From Dirinaria sp. TL-2023a (Eukaryota), in assembly GCA_051941275.1 (NCBI GenBank), contig JAVEBF010000035.1, positions 1 to 42,629 of the forward strand: a stretch of 42,629 nt of DNA. The letters run 5' to 3'. Each line of letters starts with the position of its first letter. The first letter of the stretch is position 1. Under the pieces are notes generated by a model. The model made no database searches. It was given only the letters and a program-made list of their open reading frames with translations, and was not told the DNA's origin. Shown one piece after another: positions 1 to 12,428 of this stretch. A program made the translations under genes and the position numbers.

Positions 1-691
1 AAAACAAAGAGGGCGGAAGCGCTTTGCTTCCTTGCCGCGCTTAAGTCTAGTATTAGGAAAAATAGTCGGGGAGAAGGTAGGTCTCGTACTCTTAGAGGGG
101 AGATTGGATTAAAGATCGCATAGATCGAGAACAAATTGGAAATCATTGGTGATGGCAAATGACAAATATATGTGTTTGCTGTTATTGAAACTCATACACA
201 TCGAAAGTCCTCGTGTCTAGCCTGCTAATTGCTGGTGTCTTCAGTAGATACTTATTGTGGGGCATCACTAATCTTTCTTTTCTCTCCCCCCTACCTCCTA
301 CTTAGAAGTATTGATCTCTATCTCAATGATTTACCTCTAGAATACAGAAACCTCTCCTCGTCTTTCCTGACTACCTATTTCGTCTCAGTTCAGGGTACTC
401 CAAGGCGAATGAGGTGGCCTTTTGATGGACTGAGACATTGGGCCTTTTTCAAAAAAGAGACAGGTTGATAGCCTCGTACGAGACCTAGATTGGTAGGTGC
501 TTTATTCATCTTCTCCAGCTTCCGGTAGGATCTCTTCCTTGACCGCGGTGCTTCTTGGAGTCGACGACCTTGGAATGCTCTCGAAAGCGTAGTAAAGAAG
601 ATGAACCCTACTTACCTTTGGGTGGGTAGCGGTGGAGAGGGTTTCGTGTAGATGTGGCTGCCTTTGCTTCCTACACACCAGATGTCTCGCT

Positions 692-2209
692 TCATGATAC
701 CTCTTGCTCAGCATGGTGTGGAAGCTCCCATCCGGCTTGAGCCCGCCGATGCGATTCCTTGAACTCGTCAAACGTACGCTTCCCCGCTTTCCCCAAGCCT
801 TGCGCACTGTCTTGGCTACGCTCAGCACCGGAACTCGGCTCCGATTTCTCGCTCTCCAGCTCCTCGTCCGAGAAACTGACCTTCTTTGAGCTCTTCGGCT
901 GGGGAATCTCTTCGATTACGTCGCCGCTCCAAGGCTTACACTCTTTCACCACTTTCCAACACCTGAGACACGTCCATCCCTCGCCTTCCTCTGCTTCGAG
1001 CCTGGTCGCGATACACACAAAACAATAAATACAACCGCACGGTATCGTTTCGTACGGATTCGTAACATCTGTCTGTGCCGAACCGATGACACCGCCTGTT
1101 GAACCCGAGACAGCCAGGATCTCGCTCTCCGATGTCGAAGCCGGATTTTGATCTTTGTAGCAGATGGCGCAGGTTCTTTCAGGCAGGAAAGCCAATTCAC
1201 CTTTCCGCTCAGCCTCTTCATCTTCGCTGCTTGACTTGACTAATCCCTTTGCCCTTCTCCAAGCTCGTGAGAACCAGCGTCGCCACCGAGATATCCCCAC
1301 TAATGGGAGTAGAAAGAGGAGGAATTCGGTGAATGCGTGCCATACGAGCTGCCTGTTCAGGTATTCGAAGCTGACTTCACGACTGACATGATTAACGGGT
1401 GTTGCGAGTCGGAGCCGCAATAAGCGGTCCATTAGCGTGCGGTAACGGCCATTGACAAGGAAGACAAGGAAAGACGCGAAGGCTGCGATGGAATGAGTTG
1501 TTGACACGAGAGATGTCATGCGAGAGAAAAGGCGAAAGTTTGCGCTTGGCTTTACTGGGTCAGTCGGAGCCGTGCATCATCCTCAAATGCTAGGAGAGCG
1601 TACCTCCTCGTAACCTCCCTCCTGCTCAGCGAGCCAATCCTCCCACTTCACCCACGCGTATCGCCCACCCACTGTGACTAGTCCATAGAGCCCTTTCTGC
1701 CATCTGCTCGGCGCCCTCGGCACAGGGCCCTGATGCCTTGCATCGATATACTTTAGATTCTGTAACGCAGCGCCATAGCTTGCATCGTGGTCCCACACAC
1801 TTAGCTTCCACAATACAAGCCTTAACCCAAGTAGGATCTCCGCAGCCCATTCATCCCTCAAATGTGACCCAAAATATTTCAGCCCATCACCTACTTGTCC
1901 CTTGAGCAGTTCTAGTAGTTCTTCATCAAGTAATTCTGCATCAACCTGCCCCACGCGGAAGTAGGGACGCGTGCCTTCGCGGCCGGCTACGAAGGACCAT
2001 ATGTCGAGAGATCTGCCACCGAGCAAAGAGAGAGGATAGGGGAGCCGGGATAAGGTACGAGTACGGGCTTCGCGTGCGACCGCGAGACGCGTCGAAGCGG
2101 CGTCGACGGAGGCCTGTTGTCGAGCGCGAATACGTTGTTGAGCGGCGGCGAAATCAATGGAAGAGACGCTCAGAGGCGGCGTGGAATCGTCACCTCTCGA
2201 AGGTGCCAT
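692..2209 (-). CDS. PEX2: Peroxin-2, RING-finger peroxisomal ubiquitin ligase subunit (~487 aa; exons 2209-1604, 1549-692)
   Basis: Pex2/Pex12 N-terminal motifs (RVGQVDAELLDEEL, YGAALQNLKY, SFEYLNRQLVWHAFTEFLLF) and C-terminal RING (CAIC...CGCIYCFVC...CLRC). A 54-nt intron 1603-1550 (GTACGC...CTGAC...AAG) joins ORFs 1583..2209 and 692..1519 in frame. Confidence 0.95.
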
Positions 2210-2430
2210 TGATGTTGCTGAAGGGAGGTATGGGAAGGCAGCTCTTGAAGCTCAATGAGCCGAGGCTCGAGGGGTTAGTTTGCATTGTTTGCAAAGTCCT
2301 GAAAACAACACAAGTTGGCTTCGGTCCTCATATGTTCTTCATTTCTTGTAACTTGAGGCTTTACCACACACGAACTGTGGACGCACCTGATGCGGAGCTT
2401 CTACAACGGGTGCTCGTTGCTTCAACCAAA

Positions 2431-5400
2431 ATGAACGGAGCCATCGAGCTCCCTGGCGAAGCAGAACCTCTGAACAACCAGAATCTCTTTCGAGTCCTCA
2501 CAAATGCCGCATCATTTAATCAGCAGCAAGTCAAAACTGGAGCGCAGCAGCTTCAGAATTGGGAGAAGCAACCAGGTTTCTACAGCTCTCTCCAAACAAT
2601 TTTTATAGACACGTCACTTCCTGTAGAGGTTCGCTATCTATCCGCCATTCAGCTTAAGAATGGCATAGACAAGTACTGGCGCAAAACATCCAGTAATGCC
2701 ATCAAGAAAGACGAGAAAATTGTCATCCGTTCCAGATGCTTGGAGGCAGGTATAAATGAACCGGATCACAGGCTAGCGTTGCAGAATGCGCTGGTCGTGG
2801 CCAAGGTTGTCCGCTTCGAGTATCCCAATGAATGGTACAATCGAGCACCTAATAGGCACGAGTCTCTAGCTTATGGAGTGCAGGCCGGAAGCAATACCCT
2901 CAATAATTGATAGTCTGCGGCAATCACAAACGTCTCCAAGAAGTTCATCACATCTTCAACGATCACTAATTATGTTGCTATACGTAATAAAAGAGCTTTC
3001 CACAGGTAAATTGTTACGGACCAAAGCCAATCTGCAGTCAGTAGCTCCCGAAATCCTTCAAGTCCTTGGAGGGTTGTACGTTACCAGAGTCAATACCTGG
3101 CGTACTTTCCTCAGTAGCGGAGGCGATGATGAAGGAGGAGCTTTGGAAGCCATAGAGCAAAGTCTCTTAGCTCTGCGTGTCCTCCGACGATTGGTCATTG
3201 CAGGATATGACTTTCCTAACCGGTACAATGAAATGGCTGAATTCTGGAACGTTGTTGGTTCACATCTCGACTTCATGCTTTCTCTTGTTATGCAAGAGCA
3301 ATCTTCTCTTCATTCGAATGTTCAGCGCTTGATTGAGAGACACCTTGTCCAGTTTTCTAAGCTACACTTGAATATGGTTCAAGACCATCCAGCGGGCTTC
3401 GCTCTCTTACCAAGCTCAATCAATCTTGCTCGCGCCTATTGGGCTCTTATCAAGCAATTCGGGCAAACCTTTGGCCTCCATAGCTTTGATCAAGCTTCGA
3501 GAGTTCGCGCTCACGGTGATGCTGATGACGACTACAGTCCAATGATGGAGACCATGACCCTAAAGGGACTCCTCTTGCTCCGAGGGTGTGCTAGGATGGT
3601 CTTTAATCCTGCGCAGACTTTCAAATACCAGCAAGCTTCGGATAAGCAAGAGAAACTTATGTCTAGAGAGCTAATGAAAGCAGATCTGCTTACCGACGCT
3701 CTTGCTAGAGAAATGATGGAGACTCTGGTGACTCGATTCTTCGTATTTCGTCCTAGAGATCTACGAGAATGGGAAGAAGAGCCTGAAGAATGGGAGCGAA
3801 GAGAGGAAGGTGAAGGCGATGTGTGGGAATTCTCAATCCGGTCATGTTCCGAAAAGCTGCTTTTAGACTTAATGATCAATTACAAGGATTTACTCGTACC
3901 GCCGCTTCTCAGCGTCTTTCAAACAGTTGCCGGTATGTCTGTCTATTCGCCTCAAAGAAGATCAATATGCTCAGGAAGTTAGACCCGCAAAATACCGATA
4001 TCGCTCTCAAGGATTCAATATACGCCGCCATCGGTCTCTCTGCGCCGATTCTAGAAAGCAGGCTAGACTTCGGAACGTTCTTGTCTTCAACCCTATCGCA
4101 AGAAGTTCAGCTGCAAGGCCCCGGTTATAATATTCTTCGCCGCCGCATCGCCATTGTTCTTGGACAGTGGCTACCAGTCAAAGAAGGCTTGGATAGACCT
4201 TTGGTCTACCAGATATTCCAACACTTACTAGACCCAGATGGCAATGATCAAGTCGTTCGCGTCACAGCAGGACGGCAGCTGAAGAATGTCATCGATCCTT
4301 TCGAGTTCACTGCTGAGCACTTTAGCCCCTATGCGGCGAAGACTATCACAAGGCTCATGATATTGATAAAGGAGGTCGAGCTTACGGAGACGAAGCGAGC
4401 GCTGATAGACACCCTCAGCGTTATCGTGCTCAAGATGGAACGCCATGTGAGCAAGTCATCCCGTTGTAAATGAGCAACCTAATCTAGATAGATCATGGAC
4501 TACGCCGACACAATCATTCAGATGCTTCCGCCTCTGTGGGATGCGGCGTCAGAAGAATATCTCCTCAAGCAATCCATCCTCGCTATCCTCGCCGCCTTGA
4601 TGACCTCCCTCCAATCCTCTTCTTCGAAATACCATCCGCTAATTATTCCACTAATCCACGACTCAGTGGAGCCTACAGCGTCCACGCGGGTCTATCTACT
4701 CGAAGATGCTCTTGACCTTTGGTCTACCCTATTAGACCAAACCCCCTCTCCCTCCCCCGAACTTGCCTCTCTGGCACCTTTGCTGCTTCCCCTTTATTCC
4801 ACCGCTAGCGAGACGCTTCGTACGGCTCTTTCACTGACAGAATCCTATATTCTGCTTATCCCGTCTGAGATACTCTCTTCTTCCACTGCGCTACTCTCCG
4901 CCCTCCATCCCCTCCTTACAAGCCTCAAACCTCGCGATACATGCCATGTTACGACTCTGCTGGAACTCCTTATCCGTCTTGCTGTTCTGACCGGAGGCGA
5001 GCCGTCAATTCGATCTCTAACCTCCGCTTTCCTTTCCACAAACATCTTGCACACCCTTCTCTCCTCCCTTCAAGCCGCCTATGAAGCCCACCAAACCACT
5101 GGCCCCAACCATACCGCCTCTCCTCTTGACCCGATTGTCGAAATCGACTACCTCTCCATTCTGGCCCGTTTAGCAGTCGCAGGCCCAGCCCTATTCCTCG
5201 AAGCTCTCACCGCTGTTGCGCCTACCCTCGGCGAACGCTTTGATACGACTATCAATTGGCTACTAACGGAATGGTTCAGTCACCTCGATAACATCGGCCA
5301 TCCTGATCGCAAGAAGCTGCATGTCCTGGCTCTTACGGCCTTATACAGCCTCGCCGCGCCTTGGATCTTGTCGCGACTTCAGGAACTGATGACTGCGTGG

Positions 5401-5679
5401 ACAGACATTGTGACGGAGCTGATCGACGAAGAGTCGGGGAATGATACGATGGTCATCTGGGATATAGAATCAATGAAAGGAGAAGCAGAGACAGCGAAAG
5501 AGGAGCGCAGTAGGAGGGTAGCGTATGAAGATGTAGTCAGGAGGGTTGATGTCAAGGTAGCCGTGCGGGAGGCTGTCCAGGGGGTGTTGGCGCGACTGGG
5601 CAGGGAGGAGTTTGAGAAATGGGTCGAGAATGTAGATCGGGATGTTATGGAGGCCTTTGGGAGGTTAGGCGTTGTGTAG
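2431..5679 (+). CDS. KAP120: Importin-11 / karyopherin-beta Kap120 (~1034 aa; exons 2431-2834, 2884-3932, 3983-4446, 4492-5679)
   Basis: Importin-beta N-terminal domain (VRYLSAIQLKNGIDKYWRK), HEAT-like body, DLREWEEEPEEW and LRRRIAIVLGQW motifs. Three GT-AG introns (2835-2883, 3933-3982, 4447-4491) join four ORF pieces in frame. Confidence 0.92.
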
Positions 5680-5801
5680 AGACACGATACTTCGAAGAAC
5701 AAGTCGGATCACATCGAACAAGCGCCATGCAGACCGACAGACTAAGACTCAGAGATTGCCATTGTGGAATGAGCTGCGTTGTCTGCCAGCCTGAGCAGGG
5801 A

Positions 5802-5893
5802 CTAAGGTACCTTACCCTTAATCCTAAGGTAGGTAGTTCGACAGTACCTTACCTTACCTCCTTACCTTACCTTCTTACCTTACCTTAAGGTAC
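5802..5893. repeat. Cluster of TACCT/AGGTA pentamer repeats bounded by palindromes TAAGGTACCTTA (5803-5814) and TACCTTAAGGTA (5881-5892)
   Basis: Read directly from the sequence between KAP120 and the SCOC-like gene. Confidence 0.85.
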
Positions 5894-6479
5894 AGCACTG
5901 TCCTTGTATGGGGTTCTCTCAGACTCTCACCGACACATAAAAGCCGAGTCATGGATAAACCTGACTTTCTCGGCAATATGTCAGTTGCCGAATGCCCGAA
6001 GTACGTCATTTGGCGTTAGTGTCCGAGAGGTCGTATCTGCCACTTCTGCAGATCATCCAAGCAAAATGGCTGAATGGGAAATGCCATCAACAAACAGCCA
6101 ATCCCTTCTTGGGAAGAAAATGTGACAGCTCATAAGCGATAGGCGAAAATAAATGAAGACCGGCCGGTTGCTTACATGTAGCTGACTCCTATTATTTCTG
6201 ATTAGGCTCCACTCTCACCTCCTGAGCCTTGAGTCAACAAAAATTCTCACTTGTTTGCACTGTTGGCTACTCCGCGCTATCTTAGCTTGTGATATCATAT
6301 GTGAACTTCACAAGACCTCGTTTCTCCATCATACCACGCGATTCTCTTTTGATACATCAACTCCAAAATCTCGAAAACCTTCCTCTTCCACGATCAATGT
6401 ACTCGTTCCTTTAGCACACCGCTACATTCCTGGGAGTCAACTGTTCATCCTGTCAATCCTAGAAGCAGAACCTGTAGCC

Positions 6480-7020
6480 ATGGCTTCCAACGATCATGCA
6501 ACGCAAGTCAGCTCTGAAGAGCCTGTCCCGGCTGTCGCAGACCCCGTGACCCCAAACCCCAAGCGCTCAAAAGCCGACTCCAACGGCTCCTCGGTCACTT
6601 CCGATCAAGATCTCAAGCCTGCCACTATTGAACATGCCAACTCGATCGACCATAAACAGGAAAAGGAGCTCACTGATGCAGAGCTGAGGGCACAGTATCC
6701 GCCAGATGATGCCAGAGCGATGAGCCCAAGACGAAGCAGTGCGGAGACAGATCAGCTGATGAAGAACGCCAAAACCGCTATTCATAAGTACGCTTACCAT
6801 CCCACAGTTTGTGGAATGTATTGAAAGTGTTAACAGCCCCATTACTAGGCACGCACAGAACTTGCAGTCCTCGCTCAACGAAATAGCGGATCAGATCGAG
6901 GTCGTTCGAGCCGATCATGAGAAGCTGGAACGCGATAACCAGGAGCTGCAGAATTATATCGGAGGACTTACTCGGAGCATCTCGAGTACTTCTCTGGGTT
7001 CTGGCAAGAGCAAAAAGTAA
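6480..7020 (+). CDS. Short coiled-coil protein, SCOC/Slo1 (DUF2205)-like (~159 aa; exons 6480-6787, 6849-7020)
   Basis: MSPRRSS motif followed by a heptad coiled coil (LQSSLNEIADQIEVVRADHEKLERDNQELQNYIGGL). Intron 6788-6848 (GTACGC...TTAAC...TAG) joins the two ORFs in frame. Confidence 0.75.
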
Positions 7021-7765
7021 GCTCTGGTACGCTATCCCAGGGTCCTCTACCTCGCATTATCGTTCCTTTAAAGGCTTTCGTTGAAAGACTCAGTAGCAGG
7101 TACAAAGGTCAGTCCAGTGTGTCCGCAATCTAAGAAGTGATAAGCTGACATTTCCCAGTTTTCGAGGTTCGGGAGAAAGTACATCCAAAATTCAGCATAT
7201 GGAAAACGGGAATCGAACATCACAGTCATGCTGGTTCAGGAGTCATCGGTCTGTTGTCGTCGTCGGGATTCCTAACAAACATGAGGGAGGACATCATCAT
7301 CATCAGTGAAGTTTTATACCCAGCATCGGTTATTAGCGAGCACGGCGCTGTACGCAATGGCGGAGTTCTCTGTTGGGTGAAAAGCCTAGCATGTACACTA
7401 AAGTTGTAGAGTCTGTTGAGAACATACAAGCTCTACTACCGCTACCTTTTCAAAATAGAAAAGACCACTCAGTGCAGGTCCATTGCTCTGAACTCTGTTT
7501 TCGGAATCTGATCGGGTCTCAAGATCCCTAATAGTGCATCTGCAACAGATGATTTGGCATCTAGACGCGCAAAGTACATAAATTGAGACACTTAGAGAAT
7601 GAGTGAGCTTGGCAAACCATCACTGAACCTCAGACCTCACTGCACACAGTTTGTTATTCGCTAACAAGGAATTGAATCACTCCATTACTTCGCTAATAGA
7701 GCATTTTGACATCAACAAGGCCCTATCGCAGTGGAAACAACAACGATCTCGGTCTCTGCCATAGA

Positions 7766-9700
7766 TCATTTCCTCACCCTTCTCGCATGCCTCACCAAAT
7801 TTTCAATCACCCCTTCAAAAGCCTCCTTATCGCCCAGCTTCTCCTCCCTCCTCCTCTCCCACCAATTCAGCACCTCCCTGGCCCGCACAATCGCCTCCTC
7901 CAGCCTCGCCACATGCGCACTCAACTCCTCCTCGGTCATGCCCTCAAGCGCCTGCTGCGTCGTAGCGCACAGCCGGCGCGTGGCCGCAAGATCCATTTCC
8001 GGCTGCGGCGGCGGGCCTCTCTTTTTCCGCCCGCTCCTGTTGCCGCCAGCGACTTGCTGGTCGAGAGAAGCGGAGGAAGTGTTTTCGAGTTTGCCGCGCA
8101 CTTTGGAGCCATCGCGGCGGCGGGCGTCGGAGCTGCCGCGGGGTGAGAGGGTCGAGGGGAGGATGAGTTTTTTTTGTTTGCTGGCGGGCAGGATCTCGTC
8201 GAGGTCGACGGGCACGCCGAGCGAGACGAGGAAGAGGCGCCGGATGCGTGAGCGGGTCCAGTTGGGAGGTTGGAGCGGAGGGGGTGCGACGAGTTGCGAC
8301 CAGAGGGATGCAGCGCGAGGCGTTGGAAAGATGGGGTTCGGGGTTTGGGGGACTGGTCTAGGCGAGGGTGGAGGTGCAGGGTTGGTCGTTATTGGGAAGA
8401 GAGTGTCGAGGTGGTGTTTGGTAGAGTCTAGAATATCGGAAAGATCGGATATTGTGGATAAATCGAGCAGGGACTTCGCGAAGATTCGATCAGCTTATGC
8501 TTTGGTACTGGAACACCAACAGCGAAGCGGTAGCGATGAAAGTCTTTTGTATTTTGAGGGCCCACTACTTACAAAGGGAGATTCTGGGACAGTTATTGGG
8601 GGCTTGGGGGGCGCAGGCTCCTCTGCTTCAACAGGCTGCTGAAACCCCGCATCGAAGTCCCCGAAATCATCGTCACCGGCCCCAGCTTCGAAATCGTCAA
8701 AGTCGTCTCCAAAGCCATCGTCGCTTTCGGGGTCTTCAACCAGATCCACGTTTTCCTTGTCCTCCCTGGGCTCGTCGTCGTATGCCATAGGGCCAAAGCC
8801 ACCATCTGCTGCGATTGGAGATGCGCCCTCCAAAGAGTCTCTTCGTGCCCCGAAGGCTAAACGTGTGGATCTAGTAAGAGAAGATGTTGGCAAATCTGAC
8901 CCAGTCATTGGTTCACTGGACAATATCTAGACAGAACACAAAGCTTACCAGCTACGTCGCCCTTACGCTCCAAAACGTCCGGCTCTGCATCCCCCCTTCG
9001 CATGTCGTAGGCGTCCGTACCTGGGATCTCTCCATGAGCCGGCTTCGAATCCACTCTTGTGATGACTGTTCTAGGTACTGGGACGTCTGAAGTTGTGCTA
9101 GTAGGGTCGCGGCCATATTCTGGGTCTGGACTAGATACTGGCTTGATCTCATCTGGGACAGCGTCTGCTTTGCGAATTGCGTGGGCGCTAGTCCCCGGTA
9201 CATCTCCATGGCTTGGTGATCCAGGATCAATTTTCTCTACTCTTGTCTTTGGTATTGGCGAGCCTCCAGGAGTACCGCTCCTGGGTGTCTCTATCGCTGC
9301 CGAACCACGTCTGCTGCTCTGTCCTTCTAGGACCACCTCGACTTCGTCTGGGACGGCGTCTTGACTTCGTATCTTGTAGGCTTCTGTCCCAGGTACTTCA
9401 CCATGGCTTTGGTGGTCATCGACCTGACCCTGTCAAATTTCCGAGCCTTCATAGGGGCTTAGAAGCGTTCTCACCTTCTCAACTCTAGTTTTAGGTATAG
9501 GTGATTTCGAGCCCGACGAAAGCTGCTGGCCCTCCTGTGCGTCTGAGAAGACATCGCTCTCCTCCGAATGATCTGCAGAACGCTTGAGCATTATTTCATT
9601 CTCATAGGAGCTTCGAGCGTGAAACCCAAAACATACCCAATTCATGTGCACCGGGATCTTCGAGTTCTACGCTTTTTCTTGGAGGCGCTAATTCAGACAT
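7766..9700 (-). CDS. Conserved fungal protein, DUF5102/Laa2-like putative AP-1 accessory factor with three N-terminal repeats (~555 aa; exons 9700-9637, 9572-9475, 9423-8949, 8895-8573, 8473-7766)
   Basis: Four GT-AG introns (9636-9573, 9474-9424, 8948-8896, 8572-8474) give one open frame. It contains acidic DGFGDDFDDF/DDFGDF motifs and a C-terminal region LWSQLVAPPPLQPPNWTRSRIRRLFLVSLGVPVDLDEILP...DKEAFEGVIENLVRHARRVRK. Confidence 0.8.
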
Positions 9701-9854
9701 TTCTAAGACCACCTGAATATGCTAGGAGAATGGAGGAAGAACGGCTCTAAGCCTATATGCTAAGATGAAATGGGTAATTTCGGGAAATAGGCTATCAAGC
9801 TGGAAGTACCTTAGATAGGCGCTAAACGCGCTAAAAGAAATCTTGCCGCGACTG

Positions 9855-9864
9855 TTTTCGCGTC
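9855..9864 (-). promoter_or_regulatory. MCB/SCB-like element (GACGCGAAAA) in the 328-bp divergent promoter between the DUF5102 gene and NSP1
   Basis: The + strand reads TTTTCGCGTC. Two more CGCG cores lie at ~9827 and ~9847. Motif match only. Confidence 0.35.
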
Positions 9865-10028
9865 GAATGTATGGAAACAACACAGAAATGTGTTATGAAA
9901 TTAACAAGCTCTGACCTTTTGTTAAACTTTCATCTTTCTCTATCGAAGATATGAGGTCTCGTGGCAACTTTTTCCCTCAATACTCCTAACGTGTTATATT
10001 GTTCTGACAAGAATAATCAGCAGTAGCG

Positions 10029-12218
10029 ATGGCTGATCCAGCTAAGTCCAAGCCTACCTGGAGCTTTGGGGCTACAGGTAGTATGGGGAACCCGGGCGAT
10101 ACAAATAACTTGTTTGGCCAGAAAAGCCTGAATACATCAAGTCCTGGTTCATCCCAATCAACACTGTTCGGTGGACCTTCAAATACGCAACAGGGCCCCT
10201 CTCCGTTCGGCGGCGGCGGCGGCGGCAGCTCAAGCACCAATCAAGGCTCTTTACTCTTTGGCGGTGGTTCGAAGGAGAACCAAGGTATTTCTTCTTTCGG
10301 TGGAGGATCAAACACTCAAAGCTCGCCCATATTTGGTGGAGGTGCAGGTGCGGGAAACAATGCAGGGGCAGGCAATCCATTTGCAGGTCTCAGTTTCGGA
10401 CAGAACAAACAGCAGCCACCGACTTCAGCGTCGAATCAGACATCAAATATATTCGGCGGCGTGGCTAAAACCGGAGGCAGCACTTTATTTGGGAACGCGG
10501 GCGGCAGTACCTCTTCCGCGCCAACTTCTGGCGCGCAAACACCTACGAGTAAACCAACTGGAGGCTATAGTTTCGGCGGACCGTCAACAACCCCCGCTGG
10601 TCCACCACCTGCCAACGCACTAAGCTTTGGAATCCAAAAGCCCCAAGAGAATATCGGTGGAGGCTTTCTCTTAGGACAACCCAAATCTTCGGAGCAAGAT
10701 AAAGCTTCTGTTACGGCGCCGTCATCGAATCTCTTCTCCAGTGCCAAATCATCCAGCGGGTTCTTGCAAACCAGCCAGCCATCTGAATTCGGTGCGAAAG
10801 CTTCAACCTCGGCAAGCAATCCTAGCATCTTCTCAAATGTCTCTGGAGGCAATCTGTTTGGCGATCGGCCTGAGGCACAACCCACCGCGGGACTGTTTAA
10901 CAATCTGGGAAAGGCTAATGTCCTCAAAACATCAAGCGAACCGGCCGTCTCTGCTCCTCAGCAGTCCCAACCAGAAGCCACACCATCTTTGTTCACAAAC
11001 ATAGGAGGCCAATCTGCAACACCTGGTATGAGCGGACAATCTGGCGCCCCTTCACTGTTCTCGCCCAAGCCGCAAGCCACAGATACTCAGAAGCCTGGTC
11101 TAACCTTTGGAGACTCGAAAGAAAAATTAGCGGAGTCTAGCACGCCGAACAATAGTGCCCCCAGTCTTTTCGGTGGACAGAAAAGTAGTGCAGCTACACC
11201 CACCGCATCCGCGCCAGCTCCATCCGGTAGCAGCAGCAATACGTTCGCCAACCTTGGAAAAGCTCCTGAACGAGCGTCTGAGCCCAAGGGCAGCACGACG
11301 ACCGCGACTGCGCCCTCATTAGCATCTGCGCCTCCATTATCCTTGGGATCTCCGGGGATAAAACCTGCGGCAACAGCATCTACAAACACTGCCACCAACG
11401 CCACGAGCTCGAATGCTGCGAATCTTGGAAGCTCCACGGCGGGGCCACCTCCCGCGCCTCAATCAAGACTGAAGAACAAGTCTATGGATGAGATCATCAC
11501 AAGATGGGCCTCGGATCTGTCAAAGTACCAAAAGGAGTTCCAGAAGCAAGCTGAAAAGATCGCGGGATGGGACCGAGCACTCGTGGAAAACAGCGACAAG
11601 ATCCAAAAGCTCTATGGTAGCACGCTAGAGGCTCAGCGAGCCACTTCAGAGGTCGAGAGGCAACTTACGGTCGTGGAGAATGAGCAGGATGAGCTCGAGC
11701 ATTATCTCGACATCTATGAAAAACAAGTGATCGACATGATGCAGAACCATGGAGGGCAAGAAGGATCATTACAAGGGCCAGATAAGGAACGGCGGGAGAC
11801 GTAAGTCCATGTCATAACTTTAGTGTAATACCAAGCTGAGAAGCAAAAGGTACGAACTCGCTGAAAGGCTTACCGAACGCCTCGACGATATGGGCAAGGA
11901 CTTGAAAAGTATGGTCGAGGAGGTCAATGATGCTTCATCGAGTCTCAACAAGAACAGCAAGCCTGACGATCCTGTAAGTCCATGATGTTAAATGCCCATT
12001 ATGGTGACTAATATGCAGAACAGCTCTCTCAAGTCGTCAAAGTTCTCAACAGCCATCTCACCCAACTTCAGCTGATCGATCAGGGCACAGCAGCTCTACA
12101 GGCAAAGGTAGCGGCCGCGCAAAAGGCCTCTCAGGGGTTTGGCTCAACTATTGGCTACATGGGACCTACAAGCGATGCTGCGGATAGCTTCTACAAGTCG
12201 TACATGGGCAGGCGGTAA
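10029..12218 (+). CDS. NSP1: FG nucleoporin Nsp1/Nup62 (~696 aa; exons 10029-11800, 11850-11973, 12024-12218)
   Basis: Long S/T/G-rich FG/LFG repeat N-terminus followed by the Nsp1_C coiled coil (LKNKSMDEIITRWASDLSKYQKEF). Introns 11801-11849 and 11974-12023 extend the frame to ...LSQVVKVLNSHLTQLQLIDQG...YMGRR*. Confidence 0.95.
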
Positions 12219-12428
12219 CACTGGGCTTGTGCACGGGATAGCAAAGTTATACGGTGCGGATGACGATACCCACCCAACATGGGAGGATTTCGAAAGGGTA
12301 GACATGTTGAAGCTGTACTGCTTAGATAAATCTTCCGAATCCACCGCTGTGCCATGTGAAGTCGTTCACCATGACCGGACTGGTCCGTTAACCTGTTCTC
12401 GCTTCCAATGCACGATCTCTCTGCCACT

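Noticed and set aside
502..828. 108-aa minus-strand ORF overlapping the PEX2 3' end, with a GTAAGT donor at 615
   Set aside because: No ATG start, no recognisable domain, and no clear branch point for the putative 615-569 intron. At most a 3' UTR feature.
960..1165. PEX2 RING with Cys in place of the usual His (CGCIYC) and a long insert after the first Cys pair
   Set aside because: As far as I recall this is the normal form of Pex2 in filamentous ascomycetes, so it is not novel.
5802..5893. TACCTT-type repeats as telomeric or CRISPR-like arrays
   Set aside because: Not TTAGGG units, irregular spacing, no repeat-spacer structure, and a eukaryotic context.
7731..8642. 303-aa plus-strand ORF
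   Set aside because: Antisense shadow of the GC-rich last exons of the DUF5102 gene, with a non-ATG start.
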